A DNA stretch of 13,957 nt from Sulfurovum sp. (GTDB taxonomy: Bacteria; Campylobacterota; Campylobacteria; Campylobacterales; Sulfurovaceae): contig NVVN01000002.1 in assembly GCA_002733355.1 (NCBI GenBank), forward strand, positions 22,433 to 36,389, written 5' to 3'. The translations under genes were made by a program, and so were the position numbers. Below the pieces are notes generated by a model. The model worked only from the letters and a program-made list of their open reading frames with translations, was not told the origin of the DNA and ran no database searches. This document shows positions 7,137 to 13,957 of the stretch, piece by piece. The first letter of the stretch is position 1. Every line of letters begins with the position of its first letter.

Positions 7137-8474
7137 ATGGATTTTATAATAGTATACGAACGAAAACAAAGAGAGCTCGAAAATGATACTTTGTTAAAAA
7201 TCGAACTGGAAAAAAGAGGGTATACCTGTAAAATAGTACAATATTACGAGGGAAATCACTTCAATATTTTTAATATTAATCCTCCAAAAGTCATCTTGGT
7301 ACCACACTTATATGGAGATGCCAATATTTACAGAACTTTTTCCAGATTTGGTAGAGCAAACCATATCGTAAATCTACAGTATGAACAAGTCTTATCAAAA
7401 AAGTGGGAAAAACTTGGACACCATGATCCAAAAGAACAAGCAATGCAAGCTATACATATCTGTTGGGGAGAAAAAACGAAAGAACGATTGATGAATGCCG
7501 GTGTCTCATCTGAAAAATTAAAAGTTTTAGGTGCTCCCCATTTGGATCTTTTAAGGAAAGAATACCGAAATCTCCCTAGTGAACGAAAAAAACATTTTTC
7601 TGAGAAATATAATCTTACTTTTTCAAAAAAATGGGTACTTTTTTTATCAAGTTTCACCTATGCAAACATTTCAGATAGCAGGCTATCTATGAATGAAGCA
7701 TCTGCTGGAATAAAACTTTCAGACTTTAGAGAAATACATACAAATTCCAGAAATGAAATATTAAACTGGTTTAGCTATATTTTAGAAAAAGATACAGAAA
7801 ATATATTTATTTACCGTCCCCATCCTGATGAGTTGATGCTTGACCCTGTTGTAAAGTTAGAAAAAAAGTTTCTAAACTTTAAAATTATACGAGATGAACC
7901 CGTAAAGCAATGGATTAATGCTTCTGATGTAATCTACTCTTGGTATTCAACCTCTGTCGTTGAAGCTCACTTTCTAGATAAACCTTATGCTATTTTAAGA
8001 CCTAAAGTTTTACCTGATACCTTTGACAGTGTTTTATTAAAACATGCAAATTTTATTACAGATTATTCCAAATTTGAGGAAGACTACTTTAAAGATAATA
8101 AAAATAGAAAAACAGCTATTGATGATCACCATGTCAATCAATACTATCTAATAGATACACATTGCTCTTCTTTTATAAAATATGTAGATTTACTTGAAAC
8201 ACTCCATAAGACCAAAAAGCAAATGTTTTCATTACCTATACACCAAAGAATCCTGGCAACAATAAAAACAATCTCTGCAAAACTTGTATATATATTATAT
8301 AAATATCAAAATATAAATTTGAATAAATATCGTGATAACAGTAGTCTAAAAAGAAATTTCTTTATAGAATGGTTTATAGAAATGGATAATCAAATTGTAA
8401 GTGGTAATGAAAAAAAAGAAATAGAAAGTCGATTGAAAGTCATATTAAAGAAGAACAATACACACAATGGATAA
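7137..8474 (+). CDS. Uncharacterised surface carbohydrate biosynthesis protein; putative GT-B nonulosonic acid glycosyltransferase
   Basis: Long soluble ORF between the Leg module and wzx. ATG 7137 is preferred over GTG 7125 because GAGG (7127-7130) sits 6 nt upstream and the previous stop ends at 7135. Motifs ERKQRELE, HICWG, LGAPHLD, YRPHP, YSTSVVEA. CDS is certain, function is inferred. Confidence 0.6.
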   Translation: MDFIIVYERKQRELENDTLLKIELEKRGYTCKIVQYYEGNHFNIFNINPPKVILVPHLYGDANIYRTFSRFGRANHIVNLQYEQVLSKKWEKLGHHDPKEQAMQAIHICWGEKTKERLMNAGVSSEKLKVLGAPHLDLLRKEYRNLPSERKKHFSEKYNLTFSKKWVLFLSSFTYANISDSRLSMNEASAGIKLSDFREIHTNSRNEILNWFSYILEKDTENIFIYRPHPDELMLDPVVKLEKKFLNFKIIRDEPVKQWINASDVIYSWYSTSVVEAHFLDKPYAILRPKVLPDTFDSVLLKHANFITDYSKFEEDYFKDNKNRKTAIDDHHVNQYYLIDTHCSSFIKYVDLLETLHKTKKQMFSLPIHQRILATIKTISAKLVYILYKYQNINLNKYRDNSSLKRNFFIEWFIEMDNQIVSGNEKKEIESRLKVILKKNNTHNG

Positions 8475-9885
8475 AATCAAAAGTAGTGGCTTCTTTAATC
8501 ATTCCAAAAATTATCTTCTAGCAGAATTTTTTAATAAAGGTATTGTATTTCTAACTATACCTATCTTCACGTACCTTCTATCACCTGAAGACTATGGTGT
8601 CATCTCAATATATGCTGTTACTATCAACATATTTATTGTGTTGATAGGCTTAAATTTTCATACCTCTGTCGCAAGAAGATATCATGAAGATACAAATGAT
8701 TTTTCTGAGTTCATGGGTTCAAATATCATATTTTTGAGTATCTTTAATTTATGTATGATACTTTTTTTGTATTTTCTAAAAGATTCTTTAGCATCTTTTT
8801 TTGCTATAGACAATAATGTTTTTTTCATTGCCATTATTGTCAGTAGCTTAAGTGTTTTTCTTCAGGTTGAACTTTCCTATCTTCAAACAAGTCAACAAAG
8901 TAAAAAATATGTCACAATTTTAGTCATAAGAAATATACTTCTAACACTTGGTGCAATTGTGTGGATATATTTGCTAGAAGACAACAAATATCTGGGAAAA
9001 ATATATTCTGAATTACTCATCATGAGTATCATCTTTATTTTTGTAATTCGTGATTTAATCAAAATATCTAAATTTAATTTTGATACAAAATTCATTAAAT
9101 ACGCATTAGCCTATGGTATCCCATTAATTCCACATACATTATCAGGGCTCATTTTATTGCAAGCTGACAGGATAATTATAAATCAGATATCAGGTAGTCA
9201 TGAAACAGGACTCTATTCATTTGCATTCAATGTAGGTATGATTATGAGTATATTTGTCACCTCTTTTAATAATGCTTGGATACCAATTTTTTATAAAAAC
9301 TTAAAAGAAAAAGCCTATAGCCAAATACAAAGTTCAGCTAACAAATATGTAAAAATAATATTTATTGTCACATTAGTTTTGATTTTATTTAGTAAAGAAA
9401 TAGTGATGATAATGGCTGATGAGAAATATTATGATGCTCTAAAAATTGTTCCCATAATAATTTTAGGTTTTACCTTTGTATATTTATACACACTCTATGC
9501 AAATTATGCTTTTTATAGAAAAAAGACTGGATTAATCTCACTATTTACATTCATTGCTGCTAGTGTAAACATAGGGTTAAATTATTTCTTCATACCAAAA
9601 TATGGGTATGTTTCAGCTGCATGGACAACTCTCTTTTCTTATTTCATATTATTCATACTACATTATATAAATGTAAAATTTATTTTGAAAGAAAACCTGA
9701 TTAAATTATCAAGTATTTTAATCCAATTAATTATCTTGCTCTTATTTATTTTTACATATTTTAATATAAATAGTGAATCATACATAGTAGAATTTGGATT
9801 TAAAATGTTGTTAATATCTTTAATGTCAATCTTATTTTTTAGAATTGAAATGAAAAATATTTTCAACAATGGACAGAAATCATGA
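8467..9885 (+). CDS. wzx: Oligosaccharide/O-unit flippase (Wzx, MOP superfamily)
   Basis: 472 aa with hydrophobic segments throughout. Motifs LTIPIFTYLLSPEDYG, YGIPLIPH, ADRIIINQ..G..ETGLYS.A, NIGLNYFFIPKYG...AAW.T. Confidence 0.9.
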   Translation: MDKIKSSGFFNHSKNYLLAEFFNKGIVFLTIPIFTYLLSPEDYGVISIYAVTINIFIVLIGLNFHTSVARRYHEDTNDFSEFMGSNIIFLSIFNLCMILFLYFLKDSLASFFAIDNNVFFIAIIVSSLSVFLQVELSYLQTSQQSKKYVTILVIRNILLTLGAIVWIYLLEDNKYLGKIYSELLIMSIIFIFVIRDLIKISKFNFDTKFIKYALAYGIPLIPHTLSGLILLQADRIIINQISGSHETGLYSFAFNVGMIMSIFVTSFNNAWIPIFYKNLKEKAYSQIQSSANKYVKIIFIVTLVLILFSKEIVMIMADEKYYDALKIVPIIILGFTFVYLYTLYANYAFYRKKTGLISLFTFIAASVNIGLNYFFIPKYGYVSAAWTTLFSYFILFILHYINVKFILKENLIKLSSILIQLIILLLFIFTYFNINSESYIVEFGFKMLLISLMSILFFRIEMKNIFNNGQKS

Positions 9886-11084
9886 TATATTTATTTCTAT
9901 TTTCATATATTTATGTAAAAGCAATTTTATTTGAGCTATTACTCGTCAAAAAAACTGATCTTTTTTTGTATTTGATAATCATTTTAATACTATGTTTTTC
10001 CTATCAAAATGGGGCAGACTGGAGGTATTATCAAGATTTTTATGAAAACATAGCACCAAATCTAACGTATACTAACTTTTTTAACGATGATACATATTTT
10101 GAAAGAGGTTATGCATTATTAAATTTTATATTTTACAATTTTTTAAATTATGAGATATTTATGGGTCTTGTCTCAGGTATATGTGCATATGTTATAATTA
10201 AAAACCTGATAAGCCATTCACATAATAGTTATATTGCGATATCTTTATATTTATCAGCATTTTTTCTTACTGCATTGTTAGAGCCAACCATACGCCAAGT
10301 GATTGCTATGACTATCATAATTCATGGTTTAAAATATATTGAAAAAAACAAATTTGTATCTTTTTTACTTATCATAATATTCGCAGCACAATTTCACCAA
10401 TCAGCTTATATATTTATCATCTTGTATTTTGTAAATAAAATAAATTTAAACTTTACAAAAACCATCATTTTATTTGTCTTTATGACCGTGTTCATTTCAA
10501 ATATCGAAATTATTTTATTCTATATGAGTGATTTCTTACCTATTTTAAAAAAGTACCTTGTTTACTTCCAATCAGAAAGAATCATGAACTATGAAAGAAG
10601 CTTCATTGTTTCTATTTATTTTGTAGTCCAATCAATCATTTATCTAATAATCATATTTTACGCTTATGATAAATATGAATATAAAAAATTATATGTAAAA
10701 AACCTAGCCATTATTTCAGTAATATTACAATATTTATCTGATATATTTCCTATATTAGTCAGAATAAATTCTTATCTTAGCTTCTTTTTATTTGTCGCAT
10801 TATCGTATATCGGATATTTGAGTTTCACTATGAAAAATAAGCATATTATCCCTTCTCAAGGGCTAAGAATATTTTTAATATCATTTTTGATAATAACAAA
10901 TGTATTGGTTTGGAAAATAAGCCTAAATAGTTCTGACCTAAATACATACAAATTTTTTCAGTATAAAAACTATTTTATAGAAATGCTAAAAGGAGATTTA
11001 CATGAAAATGGATATGAAAAAATTAATAACTTTAATGATAATGCCCCAGTTGACATGAATGAAATTGATCATATTGTAAAATAG
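9882..11084 (+). CDS. wzy: Polysaccharide polymerase Wzy (EpsG family)
   Basis: 400 aa multi-TM protein with very low GC. EpsG-like motifs GADWRYY...Y, FERGYALL, IRQVIA, FHQSA. ATGA-coupled to wzx. Confidence 0.8.
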   Translation: MIYLFLFSYIYVKAILFELLLVKKTDLFLYLIIILILCFSYQNGADWRYYQDFYENIAPNLTYTNFFNDDTYFERGYALLNFIFYNFLNYEIFMGLVSGICAYVIIKNLISHSHNSYIAISLYLSAFFLTALLEPTIRQVIAMTIIIHGLKYIEKNKFVSFLLIIIFAAQFHQSAYIFIILYFVNKINLNFTKTIILFVFMTVFISNIEIILFYMSDFLPILKKYLVYFQSERIMNYERSFIVSIYFVVQSIIYLIIIFYAYDKYEYKKLYVKNLAIISVILQYLSDIFPILVRINSYLSFFLFVALSYIGYLSFTMKNKHIIPSQGLRIFLISFLIITNVLVWKISLNSSDLNTYKFFQYKNYFIEMLKGDLHENGYEKINNFNDNAPVDMNEIDHIVK

Positions 11085-11120
11085 ACAAACATACCTACAA
11101 AGATTTTCCTTAATATTTAA

Positions 11121-11165
11121 TGATATGCTGAAAGAAATCATGCTAAGATAACAACTAAAAAAGGT
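11121..11165 (+). promoter_or_regulatory. Candidate internal sigma70 extended -10 promoter(s) and RBS for fnlABC
   Basis: The only sizeable intergenic gap (11085-11170) contains TGaTATGCT (11121-11129) and TGcTAAGAT (11141-11149), both fitting TGnTAnnnT, plus AAGGT at 11161-11165 before ATG 11171. The promoter call is motif-only in AT-rich DNA. Confidence 0.35.
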
Positions 11166-11170
11166 GTCTT

Positions 11171-12196
11171 ATGTTCAAACACAAAACCTTACTCATCACT
11201 GGAGGAACAGGCTCATTTGGTAATGCTGTTCTAAGACGTTTTTTAGATACTGACATCAAAGAGATACGCATCTTTTCTCGCGATGAAAAGAAACAAGATG
11301 ATATGCGTAAAGCATATAACAACCCCAAGCTCAAATTCTACCTTGGTGATGTGCGCGACAGTAACTCCATAAAAGATGCTATGCGTGGCGTAGACTTTGT
11401 TTTTCATGCTGCAGCACTTAAACAGGTACCCTCCTGTGAATTTTACCCTATGCAGGCAGTGAAGACAAATGTCATAGGTACGGAAAATGTACTTTATGAA
11501 GCCATAGATGCAGGCGTAAAAAAAGTCATTGTACTCAGTACAGATAAGGCTGTCTACCCCATAAATGCTATGGGCGTAAGTAAAGCGATGATGGAACGTG
11601 TGGCAGTCGCAAAATCACGGAACCTTAACGATGAAGATATCATGATAGCAGTCACACGTTATGGGAATGTCATGGCTTCACGTGGTTCAGTAATCCCTTT
11701 ATTTATAGACCAGGTACGTAATGGAAAAGAGATTACCATCACTGACCCTGCTATGACCCGCTTTATGATGAGCCTAGACCAAGCAGTAGAACTTGTACTC
11801 TTTGCCTTTGAAAACGGTCGCAATGGAGACATCTTCGTGCAAAAAGCTCCGGCAGCGACAGTCGGTTTGCTTGCTAAAACATTGACAAACCTTCTGCATA
11901 AACCAGAGCATCCTATTAGCATTATAGGAACACGTCATGGTGAAAAACTTTATGAAGCACTTTTAACAAGAGAAGAGATGGTGCATGCTGAAGATATGGA
12001 TGAGTATTACCGTATACCTGCAGATACCCGTGACCTCAATTATAGTAAGTTTTTTGATGAGGGTGAAGAAGTGGTAACACAAGCACATGAGTACCATTCT
12101 CACAACACACATCAACTGAGTGAAGAAGAACTCAAGACCCTACTGTTAGACTTACTTGAAATACAAGATGACTTAAAAGAATTTGGTGTCATTTAG
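11171..12196 (+). CDS. fnlA: UDP-GlcNAc 4,6-dehydratase/5-epimerase (FnlA/WbjB/CapE), first step of UDP-L-FucNAc synthesis
   Basis: TGGTGSFG, FSRDEKKQDDMR, HAAALKQVPSCEFYP, STDKAVYPINAMGVSKA, RYGNVMASRGSVIP, GTRHGEKLYE, and the DLNY C-terminal motif. Confidence 0.95.
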   Translation: MFKHKTLLITGGTGSFGNAVLRRFLDTDIKEIRIFSRDEKKQDDMRKAYNNPKLKFYLGDVRDSNSIKDAMRGVDFVFHAAALKQVPSCEFYPMQAVKTNVIGTENVLYEAIDAGVKKVIVLSTDKAVYPINAMGVSKAMMERVAVAKSRNLNDEDIMIAVTRYGNVMASRGSVIPLFIDQVRNGKEITITDPAMTRFMMSLDQAVELVLFAFENGRNGDIFVQKAPAATVGLLAKTLTNLLHKPEHPISIIGTRHGEKLYEALLTREEMVHAEDMDEYYRIPADTRDLNYSKFFDEGEEVVTQAHEYHSHNTHQLSEEELKTLLLDLLEIQDDLKEFGVI

Positions 12197-13305
12197 TGAA
12201 AGTACTTGTAACGGGTAGTCAAGGATTTATAGGGTTAAACCTTTTAGAGCGTTTGAGTCGCTTAGAGGGTTTAACTGTTACTACTTTTAGTAGAGATGAT
12301 AAAATAGAGGCATTAGAAGAAAAAGTAAAAAATGCCGATTTCATCTTTCACCTTGCTGGTATCAACCGTCCTGAACATGTAGAAGATTTTTATACAGGTA
12401 ACCGTGACTTTACCAAGAAGATAGTGCAGTTTGTCAAAGAGTCTGGAAAAAAAATACCTTTACTCATCACTTCATCAACACAAGCAGTATCAGACAATGA
12501 CTATGGAAAAAGTAAACAAGCAAGTGAAGAAGTACTTGAAGAGTATGCAAAAGAAAATGAGACAGCTGTTTATATCTACAGGCTCCCCAATGTTTTTGGA
12601 AAATGGTCTAAACCTAACTACAATACGGTTATCGCTACATGGTGTTATAACATCACACGTGACACTCCTTTACAAGTAAATGATGGAAGTGTAGCACTGA
12701 GTCTTGTCTACATCGATGATGTAGTAGAACATTTTGTAAGACATCTTGAAGAAAATGGCAGAACAGGTGCGATACGTCCTGATGTATTTCCTGTTTATAC
12801 CAAAACACTTGATACTATCAAAGAACTTTTAGAGGCATTTAAAGAGAGCCGAACAACCCTTACTGTACCTCGTGTAGGACAGGGCTTCGAAAGAGCACTT
12901 TATGCGACTTATCTTAGTTTTTTACCTACAGATAAATTTGCTTATGAACTTCAAGGATATACAGATGATAGGGGGACTTTCTATGAATTTGTTAAGACTT
13001 TGGATAGTGGACAGTTTTCTATCTCTACTACTGTGCCTGGCATAACAAGAGGGAACCACTACCATAATACTAAAAATGAAAAGTTTCTCGTGATCAAAGG
13101 GGAAGCAAGTATCAAGCATAGACAGATACATGGCAATGACATCATAGAGTACAAAGTCAGTGACAAGAAAATGGAAGTGGTAGAAATGATTCCTGGATAC
13201 ACCCATGATATTACCAACACAGGTAATGATGAAATGGTATTATTACTTTGGGCAAATGAGACTTTTGACAAAGAAAACCCTGATACATATTTTTTAAAGG
13301 TATAA
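12196..13305 (+). CDS. fnlB: Bifunctional SDR reductase/cupin epimerase (FnlB/WbjC/CapF), UDP-2-acetamido-2,6-dideoxy-hexos-4-ulose reductase
   Basis: GTG start overlaps the fnlA TAG by 1 nt. TGSQGFIG, FHLAGINRP, YGKSK, RLPNVFGKW..PNYN, and a C-terminal cupin RGNHYHNTKNEKF...IPGYTHDI. Confidence 0.93.
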   Translation: MKVLVTGSQGFIGLNLLERLSRLEGLTVTTFSRDDKIEALEEKVKNADFIFHLAGINRPEHVEDFYTGNRDFTKKIVQFVKESGKKIPLLITSSTQAVSDNDYGKSKQASEEVLEEYAKENETAVYIYRLPNVFGKWSKPNYNTVIATWCYNITRDTPLQVNDGSVALSLVYIDDVVEHFVRHLEENGRTGAIRPDVFPVYTKTLDTIKELLEAFKESRTTLTVPRVGQGFERALYATYLSFLPTDKFAYELQGYTDDRGTFYEFVKTLDSGQFSISTTVPGITRGNHYHNTKNEKFLVIKGEASIKHRQIHGNDIIEYKVSDKKMEVVEMIPGYTHDITNTGNDEMVLLLWANETFDKENPDTYFLKV

Positions 13306-13307
13306 CA

Positions 13308-13957
13308 TTGAAAAAATTAAAGGTAATGACAGTAGTGGGAACACGACCAGAAATCATAAGACTTGCAGCAGTCATGAAAAAACTTGATGCTTCTGATGCT
13401 ATAGAACAGATCATCGTACACACAGGACAGAACTACGACTATGAACTCAATGAAGTCTTTTTTAAAGACTTTGGACTCCGTAAACCTGACTACTTTCTCA
13501 ATGCCGCACTAGGAACAGCATCGGAGACCATAGGGAATATTATCATTAAAGTTGACCCTATTTTAGAAGAGGTTCAACCTGATGCTTTTTTGGTTTTAGG
13601 TGACACAAACTCTTGTCTCTGTGCAATACCTGCTAAAAAACGACAGATCCCCATCTTCCACATGGAAGCAGGTAACCGTTGTTTTGACCAAAGAGTGCCT
13701 GAAGAGACTAACAGAAAGATAGTTGACCACATCGCAGACATCAACATGACATACTCTGACATAGCCAGAGAATACTTACTACGCGAAGGTTTACCCGCGG
13801 ACCGTATCATCAAGACTGGTAGTCCCATCTATGAAGTAGTACACTCTAAACTAAATGACATTAAAGCTTCAAATATTCTCAATGAACTCTCACTCGAAAA
13901 AGAAAAGTACTTTGTTGTCTCTGCACATAGAGAAGAGAACATTGGAAGTGACCGAAC
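13308..13957 (+). CDS. fnlC: Non-hydrolysing UDP-sugar 2-epimerase (FnlC/WbjD/CapG; WecB family), 3'-truncated by the window edge
   Basis: Absent from the ORF track. Hand translation from TTG 13308 (AAAGG at 13296-13300) gives MKKLKVMTVVGTRPEIIRL...HTGQNYDYELN...LGDTNS...FHMEAGNRCFDQRVPEETNRKIVDH...VSAHREEN, open to the window end. Confidence 0.93.
   Translation, partial: MKKLKVMTVVGTRPEIIRLAAVMKKLDASDAIEQIIVHTGQNYDYELNEVFFKDFGLRKPDYFLNAALGTASETIGNIIIKVDPILEEVQPDAFLVLGDTNSCLCAIPAKKRQIPIFHMEAGNRCFDQRVPEETNRKIVDHIADINMTYSDIAREYLLREGLPADRIIKTGSPIYEVVHSKLNDIKASNILNELSLEKEKYFVVSAHREENIGSDR

Noticed and set aside
11085..11170. Rho-independent terminator, sRNA, or FNR/Fur site in the wzy-fnlA gap
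   Set aside because: There is no GC-rich stem with a U-tract. The ATGAT/ATCAT repeat has the wrong spacing for FNR and is too short to support a regulator call.
12431..12679. 82-aa + strand ORF in an alternative frame inside fnlB
   Set aside because: It is fully nested in an intact fnlB with no motif. fnlB shows no frameshift that it would explain.
149..13828. All minus-strand ORFs in the track (61-109 aa, e.g. 149-475, 4615-4926, 7328-7657, 12922-13206, 13574-13828)
   Set aside because: Each lies antisense to well-supported + strand genes, has no recognisable motif, and is of the length expected for shadow ORFs.
1..13957. CRISPR array, tRNA/rRNA, transposase, defence or toxin genes
   Set aside because: Almost all bases are accounted for by glycan biosynthesis CDSs. 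I saw no periodic repeats, structured RNA signatures or recombinase motifs by eye.

Overview
The whole window is the interior of one co-directional (+ strand), tightly packed Wzx/Wzy-dependent surface polysaccharide (O-antigen or capsule) gene cluster, with 15 CDSs of which the first and last are truncated by the window edges. Three modules are visible. (1) 1-6496 is a legionaminic-acid-type nonulosonic acid pathway: NeuD/PglD-like acyltransferase, MaoC/PhaJ-like hydratase, NeuB/LegI, NeuC/LegG, CBS-nucleotidyltransferase PtmE, Gfo/Idh/MocA oxidoreductase PtmF, cytidylyltransferase LegF/PtmB and SDR PtmA. (2) 6518-11084 is a very AT-rich serotype-specific block: CatB/Vat-fold O-acyltransferase, an uncharacterised GT-B-like protein that is the best candidate for the nonulosonate transferase, wzx and an EpsG-type wzy. 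(3) 11171-end is the higher-GC fnlABC (UDP-L-FucNAc) cassette. Gene order and AAGG(A) ribosome-binding sites suggest a Campylobacterota host (inference only). I see no RNA genes, mobile elements, CRISPR arrays or long repeats. This is not a new class of system. The novelty lies in the predicted chemistry (possibly a 3-hydroxybutyrylated and/or epimerised legionaminic acid with L-FucNAc) and in the uncharacterised transferase.
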